64,000 bases of DNA from Planctomycetota bacterium (GCA_046290465.1 JBKAGP010000001.1:6240001-6304000); one strand, 5' to 3'; counted from the stretch's first letter, positions 49,532-58,630 are shown. Translations and numbers: made by a program. Notes: generated from the letters alone by a model not told the origin.

Positions 49532-49557
49532 ATCACCGGACACATCTGTCGGGTCGG
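49532..49557. promoter_or_regulatory. Putative operator 2
   Basis: atcaccggacacatctgtcgggtcgg matches operator 1 at 20/26 positions, 48 bp downstream. Confidence 0.6.
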
Positions 49558-49594
49558 TCGGTTATTCCTCAAGGGCGTTCGCCACCTCTCGCCT

Positions 49595-50083
49595 ATGACG
49601 GACCCTCACGTGATGCCGGCTGTTCCCGATGCGTTCGACCCCGAGTCGATAGGACGGCGGCTTCGCGAAGCGAGAGAGGCAGCAGGTATGTCCCAGGAGA
49701 TCGTCGCAGAGCAACTCGGCTTTCCGGCCCGTTCCCTGTCCCGTTGGGAGAAGGGCGAGGTCGAACTCGGCGCCGGCAAGCTCGCGACGCTGGCCGATCT
49801 CTACGGCGTCTCGCTCGATTGGATCGCCGGCCGGACGTCGCTGCGGCACTGCCTGCAGCCCGGTGCGGTGCTGTTCGACCCGGAGTGCCTCGACGAGCTC
49901 GAGGCGTTGGCGGAGGCCGGCGCCAGCATCTACGACGTGCCGCGGCGGCTGATCCGCGCGCCCGGCGTCAACTGCGCTGCGGTCGTGCCGGACAACGCCG
50001 AGGTGATCTCGCGCGAGGCCGCCGACCGCGTCGAGGCGCGCATGCGCGACATCTGGAAGAAGCTGAAAGGAAGGGCCCGATGA
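49595..50083 (+). CDS. XRE-family HTH transcriptional regulator
   Basis: IGRRLREAREAAGMSQE.VAEQLG....LSRWEKG...LADLYGVSLDWIAG. Confidence 0.9.
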   Translation: MTDPHVMPAVPDAFDPESIGRRLREAREAAGMSQEIVAEQLGFPARSLSRWEKGEVELGAGKLATLADLYGVSLDWIAGRTSLRHCLQPGAVLFDPECLDELEALAEAGASIYDVPRRLIRAPGVNCAAVVPDNAEVISREAADRVEARMRDIWKKLKGRAR

Positions 50084-50592
50084 ACGACAGCAAGCTTGGA
50101 GAGATTCGGCAGCTCGGGGAGATCCCGGTCGAGGACTACCTGAGGATCACCGGCGGCAGGGACGCGGATTCCGGCGGGCGACGCTCGGGTGCGCGCTCCA
50201 GAACGCGGCGGGTCGCGTTGGTGGCGGTGGGGCTGTTGTCATGCCTGCTGTGCACCGCGGCGGGGGACTACTTCAACCCGTTCTACGGCGACCCGTCGGA
50301 CATGACGCTCGAGCAGGCCGCGGACGTCCTGCAGCAGAACCCCGAGAAGAAGTACGAGGCGGACGTCAGCATGTTCGTGGCGGCGCGGCGCGCGTACGAG
50401 GTTCTGGCGCTGCTCAAGGGCGTGGCCGAGACCAGCCCGCGGGACGCCTCCAACGCCAGCCTCTACATGGCCGGCATCGGGGAGCTGGCCGTCGAGTACC
50501 TGATCGACCTGCGCGACCAGGGGGTGCTGCCCGAGGTGCAACGTAGGAGCCTCGAGGGGATCCGATCTGAGACAACCAAGGACGATGACTAA
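50080..50592 (+). CDS. Hypothetical membrane-anchored protein
   Basis: ATGA overlap with the XRE stop; one hydrophobic segment, then a helical domain. Confidence 0.7.
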   Translation: MNDSKLGEIRQLGEIPVEDYLRITGGRDADSGGRRSGARSRTRRVALVAVGLLSCLLCTAAGDYFNPFYGDPSDMTLEQAADVLQQNPEKKYEADVSMFVAARRAYEVLALLKGVAETSPRDASNASLYMAGIGELAVEYLIDLRDQGVLPEVQRRSLEGIRSETTKDDD

Positions 50593-50627
50593 GGGGCTGC
50601 CCTGCCCGTGCCGAAAGCGCGGGTGGA

Positions 50628-50906
50628 ATGGAAGAGCAACGCATCTCGTTTGATCCGACGCCCCCGGTCCGGGGCCAATCCGTCACCATCTGCTACGACT
50701 TCGATGGCGCCGGCATCACCTCGACGACCCTGCGCGTGACGTTCGACCCGGGCGGGCAGTCGTCCGACCACGACGTCAGCGACCAGAACCACTGCGTGAC
50801 GATCACGGTTCCGTCGGACGCCAAGTCGATCCTGGTCGAGGACCTCAGCGGGGTCAGCCCCAACAACACTTCGCCGTGCGTCAAGCCGGCGGCGGTCCCC
50901 GCCTAG
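50628..50906 (+). CDS. Small beta-rich (Ig-like) hypothetical protein
   Basis: 92 aa, alternating beta-strand pattern, good codon usage. Confidence 0.6.
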   Translation: MEEQRISFDPTPPVRGQSVTICYDFDGAGITSTTLRVTFDPGGQSSDHDVSDQNHCVTITVPSDAKSILVEDLSGVSPNNTSPCVKPAAVPA

Positions 50907-50912
50907 ACTGGC

Positions 50913-51227
50913 TCACTTCTGCCGGCAGACGACCATCACGCGGTCCTGCGGCGGCAGGTCCTGGACGGCCTCGGTGAACGTCTCGACGAACATCGGGGTC
51001 AGCCCGTCGATCGCGAGCTGGTTGAACATCGCGGTCAGGTGCTCGCTCTCGGTGTAGAGCGACGTCGCGCGCCAGCTCTCGGCCGGGATCGGCTTGCTGA
51101 CCACGACCTTGTAGGGACCGTTCTTGTGGATCGTCCGGACCTCGGGACTCTGCGGAGAACGGGTCGCGGCGACCAGGACGGCGACGGCGGCCGCGATGGC
51201 CACCAGGAGGGACACGGGATGACGCAT
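50913..51227 (-). CDS. Small exported hypothetical protein
   Basis: Signal/anchor MRHPVSLLVAIAAAVAVLVAA; host-like codon usage. Confidence 0.65.
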   Translation of the reverse strand: MRHPVSLLVAIAAAVAVLVAATRSPQSPEVRTIHKNGPYKVVVSKPIPAESWRATSLYTESEHLTAMFNQLAIDGLTPMFVETFTEAVQDLPPQDRVMVVCRQK

Positions 51228-51695
51228 GCGGCCGCGCGTTGCAACGGTCGTGCCTGATGCAGCGTGCCGGCCCGGTGATGCCAATCCGGTGTGTCCGTTC
51301 TCGTGCGCCCGGTCTCGTGTGCCCGGTCCGGCGTGCCCGGCGTGCCCGGTGTGCGGTGCAGGGTCTCGGGGAGATCGACCCGGCGTCAGGGAGCGTGTGC
51401 CTGCGACGTGCTGCTGGTCCGCAAGTCGACGCGGCATCTCGGCCAGTTCTCGAACTTGGCGCGAAACCGGCGGGCGACCTTCGCCTACGGGCCAGCGCAG
51501 CCGTTGCCGCGCATGGTCCTCGGTTGCATGGGAAACGAACTGTATGGGCCTGCTCCGGCGCAACCGGAGTGGGCCCGTCTAATTTCCCGTCGCGGAAGCG
51601 GCGCCGCGCGGCGCTCGCACCGGTCGCACCGGGCCGCGCGGCGCGGTCAGAGAGGGAATGCCCACGAGCAAGTGCGCGGAATCGATGGACCGGCC

Positions 51696-52433
51696 CTACC
51701 GCGACTCTCCCGTCCGGAACAAGGGACGAACGCGGGTTTCGAAGTCCAGCGCGCGCCTGCGCATGGCGTGATCGAGTTCTTCGCCAGCCTGCTTGAGGCG
51801 CGGGTTCTCGTCGACCGGAGCACGGAGTACGAACGTCCCGGCCTCGCAGACGACCTGGGTGATGGCCTCGTACGGATGCCGGCGCTTCATGCGGTTGTCG
51901 GCGCTCTGGTAGGGCAGTCCCTCGGTCTCGCCGCGTGCCAGCCTCGCGTGCAGTTGCTGCTCCAACTGCGCGGTGCGCTTGTTGGCGATGGAGCGCCAGC
52001 CGTCGAGCGCGTGGTCGACGTCGTGGTTGGCGGCATCGACCATCTCGCGAAACATGTCGAGATCCGCACTCCGGATCCGGGCGTCGGCGGGGACCTTCTT
52101 CTTCCCTTCGAGATCCATGATCCCGTTGAGGAAGCGCAACCGTTCGCGGTCCTGTCCACCGAACTCGGCGATTGGAACGCTGGCCGGTTCCGCGGTCTCA
52201 CGCAGGCTGACCGGCCGGTTGGTGTTGGTATCGGTGTCGGCCTTGTCGTCTCGGTTGGCGATGGCGCCGGTCGCTGTCGACAGCGGGGCGGCCTCGGGTG
52301 GGGGGCCATCGAGCGCGGGTTCGTCCGGGTGGCTCGGCACGTCCGCTCTCTGGACGGCGTGAGCTGTCGCATAGATCGCGACGCCCAGAACTACGAACGA
52401 AGACGCTGCGATGAGGGCAGTGCGTGGTGTCAT
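51696..52433 (-). CDS. Membrane-anchored/exported hypothetical protein
   Basis: GAGGAAGGAG RBS, N-terminal hydrophobic helix and a Pro/Thr linker. Confidence 0.65.
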   Translation of the reverse strand: MTPRTALIAASSFVVLGVAIYATAHAVQRADVPSHPDEPALDGPPPEAAPLSTATGAIANRDDKADTDTNTNRPVSLRETAEPASVPIAEFGGQDRERLRFLNGIMDLEGKKKVPADARIRSADLDMFREMVDAANHDVDHALDGWRSIANKRTAQLEQQLHARLARGETEGLPYQSADNRMKRRHPYEAITQVVCEAGTFVLRAPVDENPRLKQAGEELDHAMRRRALDFETRVRPLFRTGESR

Positions 52434-52632
52434 GCCTGACTCTCCTTCCTCGGTTGCTCCAACCCTACCCGCGACTGCGACATGGGGCCATCCGCCAGCT
52501 TCCGTTGGAGATGGCTGGCGTGGGTGTCGACGGCGCAGCGGATGCCTCGCGGTGCCGGGTAGCATGCAGCCTGGTCCTTGGCTTGCGCGCCAACGCGCAC
52601 GGTGCGCCGCGGTCCGCGCCGGACAGCCGCCG

Positions 52633-52785
52633 CTACCGCAGCAGGCTCTCCTCGACCGACACGCAGAACGCGCATTCGCCGTCGTGGTCAGCCTCGATGA
52701 TGCAGCGCATCACCAGGAACGAGCCGTCCTCCTGACTGAGGATCTCGAACGTGGGGCAGGGGATCTCCGGGTGGTCGTCGTTCAC
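52633..52785 (-). CDS. 50-aa Cys/His-containing small protein (below the ORF track cutoff)
   Basis: GTG start after AAGGGG; translates as MNDDHPEIPCPTFEILSQEDGSFLVMRCIIEADHDGECAFCVSVEESLLR, with GC3-rich codons. Confidence 0.5.
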   Translation of the reverse strand: MNDDHPEIPCPTFEILSQEDGSFLVMRCIIEADHDGECAFCVSVEESLLR

Positions 52786-53045
52786 GGTTCTAGTCGTGCC
52801 CCTTGCGTTGCTCTGGCCTCCACGTGCGCCGCCGCTTGACGACCTCCGTCTGAAGTTCGTTTCGACAGGCGTTGCCGGGCGCGGTGGTCATGGTTGGTGG
52901 TTGCGGACCCTGCATGGCCGGCGCAACGAACGGGCTCGTCTGCGCCTCTGCTGCTGCCGGTCGTTGCTGCAGGGATCTGCGTTCTCCTCTTCTTGATGCA
53001 GCAACGAAGCACTCGGTCGCGCCTCGTGCAACGTTTCGGAAGTCC

Positions 53046-53071
53046 GCGACCCGACAGATCTGGCAGGCTGA
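53046..53071. promoter_or_regulatory. Putative operator 3
   Basis: gcgacccgacagatctggcaggctga matches operator 1 at 20/26. Its left half cgacccgacagat is the exact reverse complement of the right half of operator 2. Confidence 0.55.
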
Positions 53072-53264
53072 CCCGTGGCAGGTAGGGTGCGGTGTGGCCG
53101 TGACCCTGAGGCGCACTGCCACTCCTGGTTCGAGGAGGCGCCCAGGACTTCGTCGCTCCCGCGTCGGCCCTGGCGAGCCATTGGGTTTGAGGCCCGGCCG
53201 GAAGCGCCCGGCGTATGCCCGGGCTTCGGCAGGCCGGGGCCCGGAATCGAGCAAGGGGCGCTGC

Positions 53265-53510
53265 CTACACGACGAGTTCCACCAGCGCGTAGCCGGCCGT
53301 CCCGAAGCCGACCAGTCCTGCGACGAGCAGCGGCAGGCAGCCGCCACCCTTCTTGGTGCGCTCGGCGTTGGCTTGGCGTTCTTGCCTGCTGATCTCCGCC
53401 GACATCTGGTCGTGAAACTGGCGGTCGCGGGCGCGGCTGTCTGCCGCTCGCTGGCGCTCACGCGCCATGATCTCTTCGTTGTGCTGCCTGTCTCGTTCGC
53501 TTTGTCCCAT
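53265..53510 (-). CDS. Small protein with a charged helix and a C-terminal TM anchor
   Basis: CAGGAG RBS; 81 aa ending KKGGGCLPLLVAGLVGFGTAGYALVELVV. Confidence 0.65.
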   Translation of the reverse strand: MGQSERDRQHNEEIMARERQRAADSRARDRQFHDQMSAEISRQERQANAERTKKGGGCLPLLVAGLVGFGTAGYALVELVV

Positions 53511-53755
53511 GGGGTCTCCTGTGGTGGTTGGGTGTTGTGGGTTCTGCTGCGTAGAGCGCGGCCGCTGGCAGCTGGGTTACAAACGAGGGCCCGATTGCGG
53601 ATGGCAGCGAACGGATGGCCGACGCGTTCTTGCGCGAGGCGGTGACGACCAACGACCAGGATCACGGCGCGGAGCGGAGTGGCGCCCTGCGCACCGACCA
53701 ACGACGGGCGGGCGACGCAACCGCATGCGAAATCCAGCACGCAGGGGATGGCCTG

Positions 53756-53788
53756 CCCGCTGGTGCGCAGCCATGCGCAACCAGCGGG
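53756..53788 (-). terminator. Hairpin immediately downstream of tmRNA
   Basis: cccgctggtgcgca-gcca-tgcgcaaccagcggg; no U-tract. Confidence 0.45.
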
Positions 53789-53790
53789 AA

Positions 53791-54143
53791 TGGTGGAGGC
53801 GGCGGGAATCGAACCCGCGTCCCAGAATGCCTCGACCTGAGCTTCTACGCGCGTAGTCCGTCTACTAGGTGTCGCCCGCGAAGCTCCGACGAACAGGATC
53901 GTCGCGGACCAGCTCGACGAAGTCTCGCCACCGACGGGCCGAGCAGCCGCCTGGTGACCAGCCTACTGTGTATCGCCTTGGCCCCCCGTAGGCGAAGGGA
54001 CCGCGGCGTCGCGCCTATATCTTAGGCAGCGAGGGAGTAGTGCGTGTTGGCACTTGAGGTTGTCCAGTCGGATTTACGAGGTGCCTGGCCCTCGGCGCGC
54101 CACATCAGGACGGATCAACATTCGGTCGAAGCCGATCGCCCCC
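53791..54143 (-). ncRNA. ssrA: tmRNA, tag peptide (A)ANTHYSLAA
   Basis: 5' end GGGGGCGATCGGCTTCGAC and 3' end GGACGCGGGTTCGATTCCCGCCGCCTCCACCA form an Ala-type acceptor with a G3.U pair. Tag ORF 54051-54022 reads gcc aac acg cac tac tcc ctc gct gcc taa. Confidence 0.95.
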
Positions 54144-54269
54144 ACAAGGCAGCTGACGTTATCGGGCAAGCGCGGGTCCAGCACAAGGGCCGCAGATCGA
54201 GTCCGCACAAGGACCCGCCGCGGCGCTACACTCCGACCCGCCCCCTCCGTCCCGTCCGAACGGAGTCCG

Positions 54270-56033
54270 ATGCCCTCGAGAATCGCCCTGCCCCTCGCGG
54301 CGATCGTCTGCGTCCAGACGTTCGCCGTCTGCCAATCCACCGACCTCGAAGAAGCCGAGATCCAGCGGCTGGTCGCCTCCTCCGTGCGGCAGTGGCTCGA
54401 TGCGTACGAGAGCGGCCAGCTGGGGCCGCGCGGCGGTCTGCGCGACGAGGCGCGGCTGCAGCCCAAGTACCTGCGTGACGCGACCCGCGCCGGCTTCGTC
54501 GGCAGGGCCGACCGCGGCCGGCTGACGCACCTGGACGTGCTGCAGAAGATGCTGTTCTACGGCGAGAAGCACCCCAACGCCGAAATTGCCGACGTCGTGC
54601 TCGGGCTCGCCGCGACCGGCATCGAGGGCTCGTTCCTGGACCGACTGTCGTTCGAACTGCGCGAGATCGGCCACTGGACGCTGATGCGGATGGAGGACCA
54701 GGGCGTCTGGTTCCAGATCCTGCGCGCGGCCGCCGGCGAACGCGTGCCCGTGCTCGACGAGGTGCGGCAGGATGCGCGGCGGCGGCGGAACATCCAGAAC
54801 AAGGTGCGCGCCGACGAGGCGGTGTCGGTCGGCCCGGCGCGGCGGGTCGCGGCGCTGCGGCTGCTCGGCCAGCGCGGTCTGCCGGTGTTCCGCAGCACGC
54901 TCGAGGCGTCGCTGGTCGATCCGGATCCGCGCGTGCGGCTGGCCGCGGCCGAGTCGATCCGGCCGCCGTGGAAGACCAAGACGATCCGGCGCGTAGCGAC
55001 CGCGCTGCGCGACGAACGGCACCCCGTCGTCAGCCAGGCGTTGGTGCGGCTGCTGTTCACGATGGTCAAGCGGCCGCCGAGCGACATGAGCCGCGAGGCC
55101 CGCGACGAGATCGTGGCCGGCGCGTTCACGCTGTTCGGCAAGGCCGGCTGGCGGACCGACATGGACCTGGTCGACATGGTCGAGGCCTACCCGAGCAAGG
55201 CGGCGATCCCGTATCTGATCGAGGCGCTCGATCTCGAACGGCAGCCCGACCAGCTGGTCGCGGCCGTCAACAAGCGCGCGTCGCCGCTGCTGCGGCAGCG
55301 CGCCGGCGGGTTGCTGCGGGCGATGACCGGCGCGCTGGTGCCGATCGAGGATGCGCAGGCGTGGCGTGAGTTCTGGGCGCGCGAGCAGGACCACATCCGG
55401 GTGCCCGACCAGTTGCCGATCGCCGACCCCGACGGCACCCGCGTGGCGTTCTTCGGCGTGCCGGTGACCGGCACGTCGATCGCGTTCCTGATCGACACCA
55501 GCGGCAGCATGGACGACCCGCCGGGCAACCACGGTCCGGTCACCGGGCCGCGCCGGCTGCGCCGGGCGCGCACCCGCCTCGAGGCCGCCAAGGAGCAGCT
55601 GACGCTGGCGACCCAGGCGATGGACGAGTCGTCGCAGTTCTTCTTGATGACGTTCTCGGACAAGGCGCGCACGTGGACGCGGCGGCCGCTGCGTCCCGGC
55701 AAGAAGGTCACGCGCGGGTTGACCGGGCTGCTGAGCCGGCTCAATGCGCGCGGCGGCACCAACCTCTACGACGGCCTGATCACCGCGCTCGAGATCGAGG
55801 GGCGCAAGTTCGGCGACGCGGAGCTGCCGAAGATCGACGAACTGTTCGTGCTCAGCGACGGCCAGCCGACCACCGGCGAGGCCCGCGACGCGGACACGAT
55901 CTGCGAGATGGTGCGCGAGGCCAACAAGTACGCGAAGGTCCGGATCAACACGGTGTTCACCGGCGCCGGTTCGGGCAGCGCGCTGCTCGAGCGCCTGGCC
56001 CAGGAGAACGGCGGCGTGTTCGTGCAGCGCTAG
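54270..56033 (+). CDS. Exported HEAT-repeat plus VWA domain protein
   Basis: Signal peptide, HEAT-like DPDPRVRLAAAE, MIDAS DTSGSM, GGTNLYD and LSDGQPT. Confidence 0.85.
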   Translation: MPSRIALPLAAIVCVQTFAVCQSTDLEEAEIQRLVASSVRQWLDAYESGQLGPRGGLRDEARLQPKYLRDATRAGFVGRADRGRLTHLDVLQKMLFYGEKHPNAEIADVVLGLAATGIEGSFLDRLSFELREIGHWTLMRMEDQGVWFQILRAAAGERVPVLDEVRQDARRRRNIQNKVRADEAVSVGPARRVAALRLLGQRGLPVFRSTLEASLVDPDPRVRLAAAESIRPPWKTKTIRRVATALRDERHPVVSQALVRLLFTMVKRPPSDMSREARDEIVAGAFTLFGKAGWRTDMDLVDMVEAYPSKAAIPYLIEALDLERQPDQLVAAVNKRASPLLRQRAGGLLRAMTGALVPIEDAQAWREFWAREQDHIRVPDQLPIADPDGTRVAFFGVPVTGTSIAFLIDTSGSMDDPPGNHGPVTGPRRLRRARTRLEAAKEQLTLATQAMDESSQFFLMTFSDKARTWTRRPLRPGKKVTRGLTGLLSRLNARGGTNLYDGLITALEIEGRKFGDAELPKIDELFVLSDGQPTTGEARDADTICEMVREANKYAKVRINTVFTGAGSGSALLERLAQENGGVFVQR

Positions 56034-56076
56034 GAGCGAGCTGGCGCGGGCCGGGCCGAGCCGGCACGATGCGGCC

Positions 56077-57252
56077 GTGTCCGAACCGCCGAGCCCCAGC
56101 GCCCTCAGCGCCGCCGACGCGCGCCGTAGCTGGGTGGGGCTGGCCGGGTTCTACACGGCGAGCTTCAGCGTGCTCGGGGTCTACATGCAGTTCCTGCCGG
56201 CCTGGCTGCACGACGTGCAGGGATTCGGCAAGCGGGACATCGCGGTGATCCTGTCGGCGCAGACGATCTCGCGCACGCTGGCCGGGCCGCTGTGGGCGCA
56301 GTGGCTCGATCGCTGCGGCGACGCGCGGCGGGTGCTGAGCCTGCTGTCGGCCGGGGCGCTCGGTGCGTTTGCGCTGTTCGCGCTGGCGCCGTCGCTGGTG
56401 CTGGCGTGGTGCGTGGCGTTCGGGTTCGGCTGCCTCTATCCGCCGATGCATCCGATCCTCGACGCGACGTCCGTGCGCGAGGGCGCGCGGCACGGCTACT
56501 CGTTCGGCCGGCTGCGCGTGGTCGGCTCGGCGTCGTTCCTGGTCGTGATCCTGGTGGTGGGCTGGTGGCTCGAACGCGCCGGCACCCGGCAGGTGTTCGC
56601 GATCCTGGTCGGCTGCCTGCTGTCGACGGCGATCGCGGCGCGGTTCGTGCCGCGCGGCGAGGCGCCGGTGACGGAGCCGGGCGAACGGCGGGCGCCGTGG
56701 TGGCGGCTGTTGCGCTCGGGACCGTTCGTCGGCGTGCTGCTCTGCTCGGCGCTGATCCAGGGCAGCCATGCGACCTATTACCAGCTGTCGACCGTGCACT
56801 GGAGTGAACACGGCATCGACAAATCGATGGCCGCCGTGCTGTGGGCCGAGGGCGTGCTGGCCGAGATCGTGCTGCTGTTCTTCGCCAAGAGCACGTTCGA
56901 ACGGCTGCGTCCGACGACGCTGCTGATGGTGGGCGGCCTCGGCGCGGCGGTGCGCTGGCTGTTCGTCGGTGCGACCACGTCGTTCGGCCTGCTGCTGGCG
57001 ATCAACTGGCTGCACGCGCTGAGCTTCGCCGCGACCTACCTGGGCGCGATCCGCGCGGTCGAACGGCGCGTGCCCGCGGCGCAGCGTGCGACCGCGCAGG
57101 GCATGCTCGGCGCCGCGACCTCCGGCGGCGGCATGGTGTTCTGTGGCCTGTGCGGCGGCTTCGCCTACGAGTCGTACGCGGGCGGCGCGTTCTACCTGAT
57201 GGCGGCGTTCGCGACCCTCGGCGTCCTGCTCGCCGCTGGCCTGCGAAAGTAG
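56077..57252 (+). CDS. MFS transporter (HcaT/MFS_1-like)
   Basis: About 12 TM helices; motifs FGRLRVVGS, SHATYY, GVLAEI and LHALSF. Confidence 0.88.
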   Translation: MSEPPSPSALSAADARRSWVGLAGFYTASFSVLGVYMQFLPAWLHDVQGFGKRDIAVILSAQTISRTLAGPLWAQWLDRCGDARRVLSLLSAGALGAFALFALAPSLVLAWCVAFGFGCLYPPMHPILDATSVREGARHGYSFGRLRVVGSASFLVVILVVGWWLERAGTRQVFAILVGCLLSTAIAARFVPRGEAPVTEPGERRAPWWRLLRSGPFVGVLLCSALIQGSHATYYQLSTVHWSEHGIDKSMAAVLWAEGVLAEIVLLFFAKSTFERLRPTTLLMVGGLGAAVRWLFVGATTSFGLLLAINWLHALSFAATYLGAIRAVERRVPAAQRATAQGMLGAATSGGGMVFCGLCGGFAYESYAGGAFYLMAAFATLGVLLAAGLRK

Positions 57253-57328
57253 CGGTGCGTCGCGGTTCAACTTCCGCGCTCGCGCGCGGAAGTTGGAGGA
57301 TGAACCGCGTACCGTACCGCTACTTTCG
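57244..57328. repeat. About 85-bp imperfect palindrome (REP/MITE-like) between convergent genes
   Basis: Nested pairings cgaaagtagcggt/accgctactttcg, cgcggttca/tgaaccgcg and acttccgcgc/gcgcggaagt. Confidence 0.8.
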
Positions 57329-57334
57329 GTGGGG

Positions 57335-58630
57335 TCAGCGGCGGCGGAGGTGGAGGGTCAGGAAGAACAGCAGGCTGGTGGCGACGGCGGCGAGCAGGCC
57401 GGCGAAGTGGTGGAGCGGGGTCGCCGTGAGCTGGTCGACGACGCGGGTCCACGAGGGCTGGGCGAGTTCGGCGAGCGGGGTGGCGTCGGGGGCGAGGTCG
57501 GGTTCGCGCCACAGCACCGGCACCGCGAACGCGCCGAGCGCGACGGTGGTCAGCACGTTCTTGAAGCGCAGCACGCCGAGGCGGCGCCAGGTCAGGGTGA
57601 CCGCGGCCAGCACGCCGAAGGTGCCGAGCACGGTCACCAGGTGCGCCGGATCGACCTTGGCGCCGGCCAGCGGCAGCGCCGGCGCGCAGAACAGCGTCAC
57701 CAGCAGCAGCCACAGGTGCGCGCCGCGGCGACGCAGCGGCTGGTCGAGCCAGTCGTCGAGGCCGGCGGCGCCCATCACGGTGATCGCGAGCACGCTCAGC
57801 CACCACGACATCGCCGGCACCGCCCAGGTCGTCATCACGTTGGGCATCGATGCGGCGACATTGGGAATGGTCAGCAGCACGGTCGGCGTCGCGCCGACGA
57901 TCGCCAGCAGCAGCCACAGCGTCGTGGTGACGTGGCGCTGGCGCCGCAGGATGCCGAACAGGGCGAACCAGACCAAGAACGGTCCGACCACGCGCACGAC
58001 GACCATCGGCGTGGTCTCGCCCGCCAGCACGCGGGCGATCGCCGGCGAGCGCGGTGCGCCGAGCCAGCCGACCAGCGGGTCGAGCCAGATCAGGTTGACG
58101 ACGGCGACGGCGCCGATGGCGAGGCCGAGCAGCACCGGCAGCAGCGGCACCCGGCCGTCGCCGCGGCCGCTGCGCAGGATCGTCACCGCCAGCATGCCGA
58201 GGCCGAGCGCGGTCGCGAGCGTCGCGACGACGGTGACCCCGACGACGAACGGCAGCGCCAGGCTGAGGCCGATCCACGGCAGCCAGGTCGTTCGCGAGGT
58301 CGGCCGGTCGCAGTGTCCGATCGCCTCGAGCCCTAGCGGCACGAACGCGGCCGCCAGCTGCTCGCGCGGCGTGCCGACCAGGCCAGAGAACAGCGGCGAC
58401 ATGCCGTAGGCGATGCCGCCGAGGAACGCGGCGTAGCGGCTGCGCCCCTGCACGCGCAGGAAGCGGTAGGTCCACATGCCGCCGACGGCGCCCGCGAACG
58501 CCGTCACCCAGGCCTGCTCGCACAGCTCGTCGAGCCGCCACGCGGCGGCGACGTGCACCAGCGCGGTGAGCAGCCCGATTGCGCAGACGGCGACGATGCC
58601 CTCCCTGCGTCCGGTGCCGAACAGGCTCAT
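57335..58630 (-). CDS. Polytopic membrane protein, shortened YfhO-like paralogue
   Basis: GGMWTYRFLR..GRSRYAAFLGGIAYGMS parallels the N-terminal TM region of the two upstream YfhO-like proteins. Confidence 0.6.
   Translation of the reverse strand: MSLFGTGRREGIVAVCAIGLLTALVHVAAAWRLDELCEQAWVTAFAGAVGGMWTYRFLRVQGRSRYAAFLGGIAYGMSPLFSGLVGTPREQLAAAFVPLGLEAIGHCDRPTSRTTWLPWIGLSLALPFVVGVTVVATLATALGLGMLAVTILRSGRGDGRVPLLPVLLGLAIGAVAVVNLIWLDPLVGWLGAPRSPAIARVLAGETTPMVVVRVVGPFLVWFALFGILRRQRHVTTTLWLLLAIVGATPTVLLTIPNVAASMPNVMTTWAVPAMSWWLSVLAITVMGAAGLDDWLDQPLRRRGAHLWLLLVTLFCAPALPLAGAKVDPAHLVTVLGTFGVLAAVTLTWRRLGVLRFKNVLTTVALGAFAVPVLWREPDLAPDATPLAELAQPSWTRVVDQLTATPLHHFAGLLAAVATSLLFFLTLHLRRR

Noticed and set aside
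48964..53790. Intact prophage or ICE with att sites
   Set aside because: By eye I found no integrase, structural, replication or conjugation genes and no duplicate of the ssrA 3' end.
53791..53830. Stand-alone tRNA
   Set aside because: The T-arm and CCA belong to the tmRNA; the matching 5' end at 54143 and the tag ORF were found.
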